A stretch of 57,237 nt of DNA from Girardia tigrina. Lineage: Eukaryota. The notes below the pieces were generated by a model. That model saw nothing but the letters and a program-made list of their open reading frames with translations. It searched no databases and was not told the origin of the DNA. The stretch covers positions 46,765-104,001 of the forward strand of contig MQRK01227676.1 in assembly GCA_001938485.1 (NCBI GenBank), written 5' to 3'. Shown here piece after piece: positions 28,501 to 43,500 of the stretch (positions are counted from its first letter, which is position 1; each line of letters starts with the position of its first letter). Made by a program: the position numbers and the translations under genes.

Positions 28501-31500
28501 CTCTCCTGCATGTTGGCAAGTATAGAAAACATTTGGGTGTTTATTGTTAAATATGGCTTATAATTGGAAATTTTGTGAGGGACAAGCATAATTTTTTGGG
28601 GGGGAATATTTCCCCCCCCCGTACAGGGCTGAAAAAAACACTGGTTCCAAGGAATATTGACATGTATAAATCGTACTGCAGACTATTGGTCGATAAAAAA
28701 TAAAAGCTGCAATGAAATTGTTTTTAGCAAAAATGATATTTTAAATATTGTGTGATTTATTCTTGTGACAAAAATAAACAAATGTGATTTAGGGAAATTT
28801 CCATCTTTTATTTCGGAACGTAATCAATCTTGGAAATATTGAGCTTGTCTGTAATACAATAATGAAGTAATAAAAATGTTTCTTTCATAAGATACCTAAT
28901 TTCGCAATAAGGAATTTGATATTATTAATAATGTCATAGCAATTTGGCATATTATAATGTCAAATTTCTTTATAGAAATGTGATCAGTTTGATAAATTAT
29001 CGCTAATAAAATATTAGATCATTAAGGGTTGGCGGGTGGAAGGAGAAAACTGACCAATGCAAGGATTTCAGTTAAATAAAGAACGAGAACCATAACAAAA
29101 CTAATTTGCAACTCAATAAACAAACAAATATCTAACAAGATAAAATAAAGAATAAAAATTAATGCTTTTGTTTCTGGTGTGATATTTAGAGTGTGTCAGT
29201 GCTGGAAGTTTCTGACAAAAGAAATGTGGCAAATATCACACAGGATATATCGAATATTAGTAAAAATTATTCATATAATCAATTACCTTAGATTTTCCCT
29301 TATTGACGAGTTGAAGACGTTTTTTGCTCGATGTTGAACCACATTCATTGTATGATGATGATGATTTATCTTTGGTTGTGCTGTTATTATTGCCATTGTT
29401 ATTATTACTGTTATTATTGTTGTTACGACTGAGTGGTAATTGGAATTTACCACTGCTGTTGCTCTGACAATATGTTTGTGGTGTCGTTGATCCAGATATG
29501 GTACTCGAGTCGTCAATACTATTGCTGCGATAACCTTGCTCAATATTTCTGTTAATAATAACGGAACACTGTGAATCCAGATTTAACATGCGTGGTGGTA
29601 GCGGATCAAATCCCGACAATGAAGCGTTTTCTTCATCATCAACATCATCGAGATCATCAGCGATTTCTTCTTCTCCATAACTACCCGGCATTGGACTAGT
29701 TCTAGTTGAAGCAATCTGTCAAAGACCAATTTATTGGCAGAAAAATTTATATTTCACACTAATTTTACTTCACTTGATGTTGCTGAGCCCCGATTATGAC
29801 ATGTAGGGCATTGATAATTAACACTATTGTTTGATGTGTTATGAGATCCTGATGTCGGTTGAGTACTTGTGGAATCATCTCCTACTACTGCTCCTACACC
29901 ACCACCACTACTGGAAGAACCATAAGAATAGACCGGGGATGGCATTAGAGCCAAAGAAGGATCGCATTCCACATGAACCATTTTATGGCAAGAATTACAT
30001 TTACGTCCGGGCCATTTAGATGAAGAGTGACCCTGATGTAAAGAGAATTAAAGAATAAAGAAAACATTACAGGCAATTTGGTTTAAATCATAAATAAAAG
30101 TATTTTATTATCATTTACTTAAAGAAATTATTTATTTAAAACTGAATTTTTTGTTGGGAGTTTTTTATGTATTCAATCTATATTATTTATATATTTATAA
30201 TATATCATTAAATTGACAATAAATTCACCTTTAAATCCTGTAATGACAACTTTCTTGTCTAGATTAAATATGTTTTATGCAAGCTATGTTTTTTCGATTT
30301 TTTAAAGAGGATATTGACAACATCACAATTTGAATGTAAACATTTATTGACAACACAAACAGATTCTTCGCAAATATTCTAAGAGAGCATCTTTTTTTGA
30401 TTGATATAGTTTTTGTTTATGTATTCAAATCTAAAAAAACCATGAACGGGAAATTTTTTAATATTAACTTTTAATTTCTTTAATTTTATTGGAAAAAAGG
30501 GCATTGCGTAATTTTTAAATAAACATTAATTTTTAAAATATATTACATTTAATAAGTTAAAATCGTTTACTAAAAATATTATTAAAATTCATAATTATAA
30601 AACTTTAATTAATTAGTACTTAAAATTAATATAATTAAATTAATTTCATTAGATTCAATTAATTAATCAATAACATATGAACCCCATCTGAGTAGGAGAG
30701 TCACAGATCTAAACAGCATACAAACAATAAACTTACAACACTCTAAATTATCCCTCACATATGACGTAATGGAATTTTCAAACTTTGTAAATCATTTACA
30801 TCAAAATATTTATTTAACACCTGATATTGAGGTAACAAATAAATTTCCTTGTTTAGATGTGTTGATTAAACACAATTATAATTATAATTATGAAACAAGA
30901 AATTTTAGAAAAGCAACGAATACTGATCTATATAGTTGTCGAAATAATTTTTTGAATCTCAATATAACATAAATATAATAAAGGGTTTAATTCATTGAAT
31001 GAGGAACTTAATATCTAATTTCAAAATTTTTGATAGTGAAATCGACACTCTTCATGAGAAATTATCGAAAAATGGATTTAATATGAAGTAAAAAATAAAT
31101 TTGAAGATTTATTAAAGCAAAATCAAGCATTAATATTATCTTCAGATTGTAATTTTTCTAGTGAAGAAATTGAACCACCAAAATCTTTAAAGATTTATAT
31201 TCAGCACTGGGCATTGAAAAAATATTATAACGATTTACAGAATTATGATGTAGATGTTATGCCGAATTAGGCAACCGACTTGCCGAATTCACGAATTAGG
31301 CAAAATATTTTTGTCAAATTCACTAACTATATGAAAAATTTAAATTTAAAATGAAAGATTATGTATTTAATATGAAAAAATTATCAATTTCATATGAGAA
31401 AATATCAATTTAGTATCAAAAATTCTGTATTTAATATGACTAAAATATCAATTTATCATTAAAAATTATCAATTTAATATGAAAAAATAAATTAAATAGG

Positions 31501-34500
31501 AAAAATTTTTAATTTATTATGCTAAATAGACTCCAAATGTAAAATTATTATTCATAATTAATTATACTTCTTTAGTGGTGGCAAGTTGAATTGCAAACGT
31601 TTGTATTTTAAAAGCATTTTACCATTGTAAAATGATATTTTTCATTTTAAATTGATATTTTTGTATTAAAAACATAATTTTCTTATTTAATCGATCTTTT
31701 TTCATATTAAATTGATAAATTTTCATATTAAATATCAATTTCATAATTGAATTAAAAATTTTTTTTAAACTGCCGAGTTCGTGAATTCGGCAATTACACA
31801 AATTCGGCATAACATATACACAATAAATGGAATCGATTTGATTAGTACTGCTGTAAAAAAAGAAAATGCCTGGAACGTTGATTGATTGGATAGCAAAGAA
31901 TAATACAAATTAGTTATTCGATATTTTTTATTTTCTATTGTATTTTCTTACTTTTTATACGGTTTTATAATGGTTGAATAAGTTGATTAACATTATGTAA
32001 GTTGAAAAAAACAAATTATTTAGTAAATACATTGAAAAATTAATTCTATATTTGCTATTTTGTCTTGGATTTGCCGATTTTGGTGAGCTACAAAGGATTT
32101 ACTGTACTTACAATGCTGTAAAAGACGAAGCCGATATGATATATTTGGAATAAAATGGATTTCTTTGTTACAGTTATTAAGAACATTTAAACAAGTCTCA
32201 TTTGAATGTCTATTACAATCACATTTGGAGTCATTATGACTCTCCGAAAGTCTATCGTCGTTTGCCATCGTTCTAATTGGTTTTCTTATTTCTGTTTTTA
32301 ATCATGATTATTCGAACAATTTTTCTAAATTATTTTTAAAAATATTTAACCTCTAAAAAATATTAATTAAAAATAATAATTTTTAACATTTCTCAATAAA
32401 TCCCAAAATAATAAAAATGTCATCAAATTATTAAAAATGCATTTAATTTAAATTTTACTAAAAAATATTAAACTTAATTTTAATTGTTAAATTACAAATA
32501 TGAACTTATAAAATAATTATTTTAATTATGTTCGAATAGTCAATCACTTTAAATTTAAATAAAAAAATACCGATTTCCATCAGGGTGGGAGAATCGCCAT
32601 TCTAAATTTAACATACTTAAATCAACATACAGAATCCATACATTTACACATTCAAACAATTTAAAATATTCCTCACAGTAGTTATGGCACCAAAATTATC
32701 ATTTATAACGTTAAGATCTAATTATTAAATTGATTTAAAGTTTCACTGACGATTTATGAATTAATAATTAATTAATTAACTAATAATTTGATATTGGAAT
32801 TTCTTGGTTGGAATTCAGTGTCTAGTAATTATATTCATGAAGCAATAACTAATTGATAACAATAATTTATTATTAAAATAATAAATAATAAAGATGAATA
32901 AAAATTAATTAATGAAAAATCTAGAAAAGGATATACTTTGTTAGGAAGAGAACATCTCCAGGCGCGCTCGCAGACCGCACAAATCGAATGTCCGCGCCGC
33001 TTGGTTTGGGCACAGCGATCACAGAGGGTATAATTATTATGCCAGCGGACAGTTGAGTTCTATCATATAGTAAATGGATAAAATTCAAAGTAACAATATT
33101 TCTCCTATTTTTTAAGACTATTAGAATTTATGAGATTTTTATGTTTGTATTATTTAATACTTTGTGTCATTTTTATTCTCAATTTTCAAACATTTTAATA
33201 ATATTTGCTAATTTCCTGAATTCTTTTCATAATTTGAGAATGACAAGATTATTGACTAAGATAGAAAAGTGATTGATACGAGATCTTACATTAATTTCAA
33301 TCAACAAACGATTGGGGAATTTTAAAAATCTTAATTGGGTAATTGATCTTTTTTTCATTTTTCGAATTTTATTATTAATTTTTATAGGAATGCTTTATGT
33401 GCCCTATACCGGCTAAAAGTACTAATAGTATATATATGTGGTGCGCTCAATAAGTAGTGACCCTAACATAGAAATAATATTCTGATTCCAATGAATTTTT
33501 TTAATAACAAGCAAGTTATTAACCCTAATGGGGCCGAAACTATTTCCTTTAGAAAAAATGAATTTTTGATATTAATTCTGGTTTATTATATCTAAATAAC
33601 TTGTTCTACATTAAAAAATATTTTTTTTGTTTCATACGGTCTTTTTTGTAATAGGGTGTTAGGTTTGTTCACTATTGCACCTAATGCCGCCTGTTGCTGA
33701 GTCGTCAAATTGATGTAACAAAATATTTGAGCAGTGTTCTTTTAAAAGGACGGTGGCCCCATTCGAGTTAAGGTAATATTTGTGATAAGTGTTTTAATTT
33801 TTATTTGTGTTTAGGTTAGAGAGCGCATAAATTCAAAAATGTCATTGGAAAACGTCCAATATCGAAGCGTTATTCGTTTCTTGTTAATGAAACTTCAAAG
33901 ACGTGCAAATTCACAGAAACAAAAGTTTATTAATCAAAATATGAACCGTTGGCATCAATACATTTTTGCCAACGAGAAACAAGTTGTTTTATTCCATCAG
34001 CATAAAATGCATCGGTTCTCGAAGCGACGAATTCTTAGAAGGCATTTTGAGCATCATTTTGGTTTTTGAAATTTTTTTCACGTACAAATGCCTGAAAAAG
34101 TAGAAGTCCGTTGGCGTGAGGTATGGTGAATATGGTGGATGAAGCAGGGTTTAATAGCCCAACTCATTAAGCTTTTGAAGAGTCACTTTTGAAATATGAG
34201 GTCTAGCGTTATCATGAAGAAGGATGGGAATTTTTCGATTGACCAATCCCGGACAAAGGGTTTTCAATTTCTTATGCATTTCATCAATTTCATGACAGTA
34301 CNNNNNNNNNNNNNNNNNNNNNNNNNNNNNNNNNNNNNNNNNNNNNNNNNNNNNNNNNNNNNNNNNNNNNNNNNNNNNNNNNNNNNNNNNNNNNNNNNNN
34401 NNNNNNNNNNNNNNNNNNNNNNNNNNNNNNNNNNNNNNNNNNNNNNNNNNNNNNNNNNNNNNNNNNNNNNNNNNNNNNNNNNNNNNNNNNNNNNNNNNNN

Positions 34501-37500
34501 NNNNNNNNNNNNNNNNNNNNNNNNNNNNNNNNNNNNNNNNNNNNNNNNNNNNNNNNNNNNNNNNNGGGGATCTGTTTCCACCATTGTCCTCAAATTTTCG
34601 TTGTTCACAGCAACTGGACGACCACGACCTTCTTCATCTTCAAGGTTTTCATCTCCATCAGAAAATTTTCGGAACCATCGTTGCCCTGTGCACTCAGAAG
34701 CTGTTCCCTTGCCAAAGGCTTTATTGATATTGCGAGCCGTTTCTGCTGCTTTACGACCCAGTTTAAATTCATACAAGAAACTTGCTCGAATTTTAATTTT
34801 TTCCATTATTAATTTAGCACCGTAAATATTCTAAAAAATAACAGCATATGTTAATAATTGATATAGGAATATACAGCTAGGCATAAGATTTCAAATAATA
34901 TCTAACATTAATGCATGTAAACTTATATACATATCAAAGTAGATAAACAAAGTATAAAGCTCAAAAACCGCCATTATTTTTCGACCAACCTAATATATAT
35001 ACGCTTTTTTCTCCAAACTACTTTATGGTAGGGTAGCTTCCTGATTCGAGATTTTATGCATATGAAAAATGAAATTTTCTAAAATAAAATTGCCAAATTT
35101 TATTAATCAAAGTATGAACCGTTGGCATCAATACATTTTTGCCAACGAGAAATGGATCGTTTTTATTGCGAAGATGATTAACAGAACAAATTTCATAGCG
35201 TCGGTTCTTTTGATTTTCATTCAAATCATGTGGAACCCATTTATCAAGTTTCTTGATTTTTCCAAGTTGTTTTAAATGATCCAGGACTGTTGAATGACTA
35301 ATGCGCAACCCATCTGCAAGTTGGGTTGTTAACTGAATCAATAAGCGTGCACAAAAAATTATTTTACTTTAAGCTAACCAAAAAAGTAACGCAAATTTTA
35401 ATTTTGTGTAATTATTTCATTGCGAAGGATTCAAATTAAATTCTAAATAAAAAAGCTAATTCAGTATAAGTACTTGATTCCCAAAACATTCAGTTTGTGA
35501 TTTAAAGAATTTTATTCTCTTATACAAGTGATTTTAATCGATTTTTTCGTGGTATCTTGTCTTGATCTTAGTCTTTCAGTTGTGCAGTTTATTTTTAGGC
35601 TTTAATGAATCGACGCTTAAAAATTAGAAAAAAATTATTTTATCAGGAATAATGCTTCAGCCTCTGCAAGAAAAGTAGGCACGATTGCACCACATGCATC
35701 CATTGCAATGAAACTTTTTTGTAAGTTGGAAGAAACTGGATTTGTTGCTGATTAATATCAATCTGGTCGACCATCACTATCTCGTTCTAAAGAACTTCCA
35801 AAAAGTTATTATACGAGAAATTTATTCAAATACGTTAACGTCAATTCGATGTATCACACACCAGGCTTTCTTTGCTTTAAATTAAGATATGTTTAACGTA
35901 ATTATATTCAACAGACTTCACGAGTTATGTTTTGAACACTACTTTCCTCGTTTTTTCAAAAAGCTCAAAAGACGTAAATTTGTCTGAATTGACTGTTTTG
36001 CACTGTATTATCTTATCTTGAGATACTGAAGCAGTTTTTATTTCCTTGCTTAGCGTTCTATTATGGCGACGTAATTTTTCAGCAAAATGGTATCCAACTG
36101 CATTGTAAACTGATGTAGAGGATTTTCTCAACAAAAAGTTTCCAGGAAGGGGGATTTGTCGCAATGGAACCATCTAGTGGCAAGCCAGGTCGGCTTATTT
36201 CACATCTGGACTCTGTCTCTGGAATTACTGAAATATAAAATTTACTCCCGCAAATCTATGTACCTTTAACAACTGATGTTCGAGATTTCTGTACTAGTAA
36301 AAAGAATCGATGTGAGGCTTTGCAGAAGTGTGCAGATCTGTTCGAGATTTATACTTTTAAAACGATGGAGGACACTTCGAACACCTTTAATCTTTTTCTT
36401 TGTTTTCTCAGTTTTATGTGTAGTCGATAGAGAAAATAATACTTTGAGTGATAAAATGCTGCGTTACTTTTTTAACATTGTATTGTTTATGTTATTAATG
36501 TTATCATTACTTTATCAATGTTATTAAATCGAATACATTTAAATGTTCACAAAAATACATGTTATATCAGTAATTCAATTTTAAATTTAGGAGAGAAAAA
36601 AATTGATTATTTTTTATTTTATTGTTCATTATTAATTTATGTTTTAGAATTAATTAAAATAAATAATGGTTGGTTTTCTTTCCGAGTACTTTGAAGCATA
36701 GATTAAATAGTATACATTAATAAATATAATAAGGAATTTTAGATTCTCTAATTGATTTGTTTCTAGTTTTGTTATTTTACGCTACTCAAAAATGGTTTAA
36801 ATTCAAAATATTAATACACAATGTTAAGTAATTGCAATACAAAGTAAATGAATCAACCTGAGTGTTAGGTGCGCTCATGAGTCCCGGTTTGATGGCAAAT
36901 CCACAATCATTACAGACTCGACAAGAGTCACATTTCCAGCCATTTTTAGGAATTGCGGCCATGGGCGGTTGGAGGCAATACGTATGGAAGCCCTTGTCGC
37001 ACACGTCACAAACGAGCATCTTCTTTTCGTCTTTACTCTCACTGCATACAAGACATGTCTTGCATTCAGCACACTGCCAACCTGCCCGCACGGTCGGGCT
37101 CAATATGAGAGGTGGTTCTAGACAATTGCTGTGATAGTGCTGGCCACAGCTCGTGCAGGAAATGAGGTCATTCACGCCACCCTTGCGTTCGCACAGTGAA
37201 CAGATACAGTTTTCGTCTGAATTGTTTTTTTTCACATTTTAAAAACTCTTTATTGGGTAATAATTTGTTATTTTAACAATAAAAACATTTCGAAATTGTA
37301 AAACAACAGAATAACCGTCAGCAATTAAAGAAAAACATCAAAAATAAACCACAATTTATAAATAATTTTCCTTGTTATATTTAAATTAAGAAATGAAATT
37401 TAGATTTGTTGGCACAAAATATCAAGGCTCTTATAATTGTTTAGAAGAAAATTAAATTTATGAAATTAAATTTTTCCTGGTAATTCAATTTGTGACACCA

Positions 37501-40500
37501 ACAGGAAGAATCAGAATTGTTACTAATAAGCAGATATGGGAAATTTATCCTCATCATTGTCTATTAATCATGTTGCTAGATGATCCTTTTTGGAAGCCAA
37601 TTGAGACATGAGATGAGAAGTGGTTATACCTAGTCGTTCATGATTGAAGTATTCGGTTACATAAGATGAAATTCCTGTATTCGTTCCAAAGCAAAAAAAT
37701 CAAGGTTTACGTATAGTAGAATGTTGATGAAATTTCGCATTTTTCACTTGTATCAAAGGATTGTGCCATCGATGCAGAACTTTGCAGTTAGAAACTTCAT
37801 CGAGTCTACGATCCATCTTTTAACGATATCTTACGATCCATGAAATATCACCGATTTGAGTCATTCGATTAAGTCGAAATTTGCAATAATTTTGGGGTTG
37901 CTGGAATAATTTCACTAGAGAATAATTGGTTGCTCGTGATGCGACCAAAAGAAAACTTCTTTATTACCTTAATATCATCGATGGTGTCTGTTTATGTTTA
38001 ATTCATAACAGAAAATACAACACTTAACAAAAATTATACGGGAATATTGATGGCGATACAGTCCTTGGAATCATTTTCTTATCAACTGAAATGGTTGATT
38101 TTTTCCCGATCTATGGTGCCACATTTTCTGTTGTGATAAAAATATTTTCTCAATTATTTATTATTTCAGTTCTACATGGTCAAAGAATGATGTTAACATT
38201 TTTTCTTGATTAAATAAAGTCGATATCAACACTTGAAAAAGATCCCATCAGAGCATTTTGTGAGATATTTTCACAAATTAACAGTAAAGGAAGCTTTTGA
38301 ACGAGTGGCACTCGCGCGCTTTGCCTTAACACAAACGGTGCTCCCAAGTTTCGACTTGTTTACATATATACGATCCATAAAGGTATAATCTCAGCTTGTC
38401 CTTTTAAATCATGGGTCGTTTTATTTTAAACACATTATTAAATATTATTTAACTGACTTATTATACACCTCCATCAATCAAACTCCAAATAAACAAACAC
38501 TTGAATCTTATAACCAGAAAAAAATACATCGATCTTAATGGTTTTTATTTTGATAATGTTATTGTTAATAATCTTAAATAACCCTGAAAACCCTAATATT
38601 TTTATACAGAACCTAAAAGAAAAATTATGTGAAAAAAGTCAGAAAAACTGACAGAAATTATTGAACACGGAAGAGTATCCAAAAATGCTCCAGTCGCGTA
38701 TAAAAAGAGTGAAATGCACTTATCCTTCTTGTGCCAAAGCTTTTGCGGAACAGAAGGAACTAAAAAGACACTTCAAAAACGTGCATAGTCACGACTATGC
38801 AGCATCAGAATGGTGACAAATCATTCCAATATCCCATGGAAAATTTTCACAAGACCTATAAAAGGGATGGACGGTTAAAGCGACATTTATTGATCGATCA
38901 CCGAACCCAAGGCAGTGCCAGTGGTACTAGTGCTTCACAAAATAACGAAGATGAAAGATGCACAAAATCTTCGAAACCGATCGCGATGCATGATGTGTCA
39001 GTGCCCCTCGTCGGTACCGCGGAGACGGACTCAGGAGTGATTCCAAGGGTGGTTCTCGACTTTCGCTAAGTAATACAATTGATGTGGGGATATTTCGATT
39101 TCCCTTTATTCATTGTATGAAATATGTTTACACAGCCAAAGTTCTGCAGAATCACGGTACGAGGGATCTTTTCTGAATGTGAAACCGAAGCGTGCCTGTG
39201 TACTGAAAGCTCGCATTCTTGTATCTAAAGCCGTGCGAGAAAGTCATTAGGATCTGTATTGTCTATTTATGGTTTTTACCCGAACAGAGTCTATGACTCA
39301 CTACCCTGTACGCCAATACTGGTACTGTAGTCTCTACGATACTCAGTTATCCGTTCAGTCGGGGGAGGCTTATTTGATAATTTTATTTTTTAGCCAAATT
39401 ATTTCCGCAACCCAGAATTTTTAGATTTAAGGTTGAAAGAGTTATACTTTTACCAAATCTAAAAGCTTGCAGATCATTGACAGAAAATCAGGAACAATTA
39501 TGATTTTTATTTGGAAGTATAGTTGTCCTTGTTTTGGAATAAATTTTTGCATAGAAAATGCGTACTTTGACAATGCATAAATGTTTTTTTTTCAATCTAA
39601 TATTAGACACTCCATTGGATTTAATATTCTTGTAATTAAATATTTGGTCAGCTAAGTCAAGTTGGATCACGTCAAGAAAGTCATAATTCAATGTTAAACA
39701 TGTTAAAAAATTTCACAGCCCCATGAGAAAAATATCATTTTTTACCTCACGAGATAGAAACTGGTTACACTTCAGATAGCGATAATGAAAGGAAAGAAAC
39801 CAGTAGCTGCAGAGATAATTATAGATTCTATGAAACAGCCGATGATACCACGGAAGAAAGCTAAACATCTAGATGAATATCTGATTTGCTCTTGAGATCA
39901 TGTGAAAGTGTAATTAAATATTTAATGTTATATTAGGGTGAACCAAAAGTCTTTTCGTATTTTCTACGTCTTTTTGTTCAATTGTTTCTTATTACCAAAG
40001 AAAGATATTTTATACACATGTGTTATATGTTTTTAAAGCTCTTGAACTGTTCTATCACAATATATATTAAAACTTCTAATTAGTCTTTAATATAATTTTT
40101 ATGGTGTTTTAGAAAAATCATGGAGAATTTTGAAATTGGTTTTCGTTTAAGTCATTACTGGAAACAGGGCTTAAACGCAACTGCAGCAACAAAGAAGATA
40201 TGCGAAGTTGAAGGCGATAATGTGGTCTCAAATCGTACTGCACAAAATTGTTTCAAAAGGTTCAACGAAGGCGACTCGATATTCCTCAAACATCCATAGT
40301 ACGACACCTTCATGCTCTTGGCAAGGTCAATAGACGATGTCGAGAAGTGCCTCATGAATTGACATAAATTTAAGCCGAAAAGCGTTTCGAAACGTGTCAA
40401 AAATTGCTTGAAAATCCGCGAAATGACCGTTTCATCCGTCGAATTGTAACTTGCGATGAAAAGTGGATTTACTTCAGTAATCCAGACCAACAAAATCAAT

Positions 40501-43500
40501 GGTTACCCCGGACAAAAGACGAAACCGGTAGCTAAACGAGATCGTTTCTCAAGGAAGGCACTTTTGTGTGTTTGGTGGAATTTCGAAGGCGTGATTCACT
40601 TCGAGCTGGTTCCAAATGGTCGTACCATCGACGCTATTGGCGAGAAATGGACGCGGCACTTGGCGAGAAATACCCCGCTTTGATCAATCGAAAGCGAGTT
40701 CTACAACAGGACAATGCAAAACCGCACACCGCCAAACAAACAAAGGAAAAAAATCAAAAATCTCGACGCCTTTGAACTTCTTCCACACCCAGCGTATAGT
40801 CCGGATCTTGCGCCATCCGACTATCACATTTTCCGCTCTATGGCACACTTTCTTCGTGGTCGCAGCTTCAATAATCTGGCCGAGGTCGAAAACGAGCGTC
40901 ACCAGTTCTTCGCTTCTAAGAACAAGGATTGGTACCGCAGCGGGATCGCACAACTTGCCCATAGATGGGTTCAAGCTACAGATTCAAATGGCCTTTACTT
41001 TGAAACTTAAATGTTTTTTATGTTGTAAAATTATGTTTAAATTTTTAATAAAAAATACGAAGACTTTTGGTTCACCCTAATATTTATTTAAATAGAAAAA
41101 ATATTGTAAATATAAATATATCAATTTAAAAAAAAATTATTATCAATTTGTGTAGTATCTTGTACCTGAACAATTATTTAAATTGGTTTCCCAATATACC
41201 AGTTATCAATTTATAATCAACTGAGATAATTTATCATATTTTTCCGATTTTCAATGCATTAATTATTATTGTAACTTTTTACTCTCCGACATAATTTTTC
41301 AATTAATAAAATAATTTAAAAATCATTTTGATCTTTCATTAATACCAAACCATATTGATTAAATAACAGAATAAGAAATTAAAATAAATGGTAAATCAAT
41401 AACAAATAAATACTCGAGCAGTCGGCCTCGTGTGCGTGATAGGGACACCACAATTGAACATTCACGACATCCTGGAAACAACCCGCGGCAGCGGCGCATG
41501 GATAATGAAACACAAATTGACAGCCGGTGCCGCGACACGCGATACTGGCGCCATGTCGCTGGCAAAAGGCACACTGCCGATCGACACTGGTGCGCGCTGC
41601 CGTTTCTACGGCGTCCCTATTGTCCTGTAGATCGACAGCGGCAGCTGCTCCAATGGCCCACAGGGCGCAGCTCTGATGTGCCAGGAAAACACTATTCATT
41701 TGATTGTTACCAGCATCTCCAGTGAGAACTGATGCGCCAATTTGTGTTGTTGTGGCTAATGTGAGCAAGTGAGAGAATCTTATTGGTTGCTGGTCGGTGC
41801 TCGAATCAGAACTCGTATTAACAGAGGCACTATCACTGGTCTCTTCATTACCAATTGATCGATAAATGGTAACTACAGGAGGTAACCCAACAAATGAAAA
41901 CTCATCGATTAGACCGAATGGGCGCCCCTCACTGTCGATAAACGCGTTGATTATACCGCTTAAACACGGTTTTCCATCGGTTCTAATGGATCAGGTATCA
42001 ATTTTAATTAAAATATCAATAAATATAATAATTTAGTGAATAATTAATTTAATTTAATCTGTCATTTATTTAATAATAATTTTCTAACTGATCATTCCCG
42101 AGAGAACATAAAAGGAATAGATAAATTGTAGATGACCATAGATTCATGTTAAATGGATTATTTCAACAAACCAATTATCACTTTCTATCTCATTAAAACA
42201 ACTGAAATAGTTTCAAAGAATAAAACAAAAACTTTTTTCGAAATTCTTCAAAGAAATTTTAGTAGAAATAATTGGAAAATCGACTCAGAAAGGGCTACTA
42301 ATGGGACAATACACCCCAAGCAATTGTTAAAAGATCAGATAGATAAATTAGTACAATAAACACGTTTTTAGTCCCAATTATATATCCTAATTATACATCA
42401 GCTACATATATTATATAAAAACTTGTTAGTTGCGAGTTTGAAATTGCAGTGGTACAATCTTCTGGCATACTATATCATATAATTATTACAATTAATATTA
42501 TAGGTTTTTGCATTCATTTGACCAGAAACAACAATTGAATTGCCGTTTCCTAAAACGTAAATTGATTTAATTATTTAAAAATTCCATAATAAAACTAAAC
42601 ATTTATTAAAAATTAACAGTGTACAAATGAATAATGAACCTAAAATTTCTTCTTTCTTGATACACTGGGCATATAGTTATATGGCTTTTGACATACATTA
42701 AATATTTGAGTTTGGAGCACATTTAATATGCTATCCCTCGCCACGCGTAGCAAAATATCCAGACGATGTTGCTGCTGTGTTAATCCAATGGGGCAATTAT
42801 TAAGATTTACTTGTTCTTCTGACAAAGAACTTTTCACCCTTGATTTAAAGGTTGAGTGATATTGCTCAACTGGGTTTAAGAAAGGTGAGTAAGGTGGCAG
42901 ATATTTAATCTTATACTGGTTAATATACTCCATAGGTATTTTTAGTTGGGCGTCAATATGAGTACGTGCATTATCTAATACTAAAACGTATAGTATGATC
43001 ATGAGGGAATATATCTTTTGTAGCTGTAATTAAGTCCTTAATAAATTCCCCAAAAGTTTCCTTTGTAACTCGTTCCACCTTTATTCGGCTATGCATCAAT
43101 CCATATGCCTGATTAATCGCAAATGTGCACATCAGGTTTTGACCTTTTTGTTTCGAAACCACTCTTCGCGCCGGCACACCACGCAATACTCGTCCAAAGG
43201 TCCTTCTTGTCCACACATTGTATCCACCTTCGTCAATGTATATAATATCATCCGTGGATGTTTTATCAAGAAACCATGTTGCGTACATATACCTTTTTTC
43301 TATGTTTTCGACAGTGTTCCTCTGTACTGGTATATCCTCACATAATTNNNNNNNNNNNNNNNNNNNNNNNNNNNNNNNNNNNNNNNNNNNNNNNNNNNNN
43401 NNNNNNNNNNNNNNNNNNNNNNNNNNNNNNNNNNNNNNNNNNNNNNNNNNNNNNNNNNNNNNNNNNNNNNNNNNNNNNNNNNNNNNNNNNNNNNNNNNNN

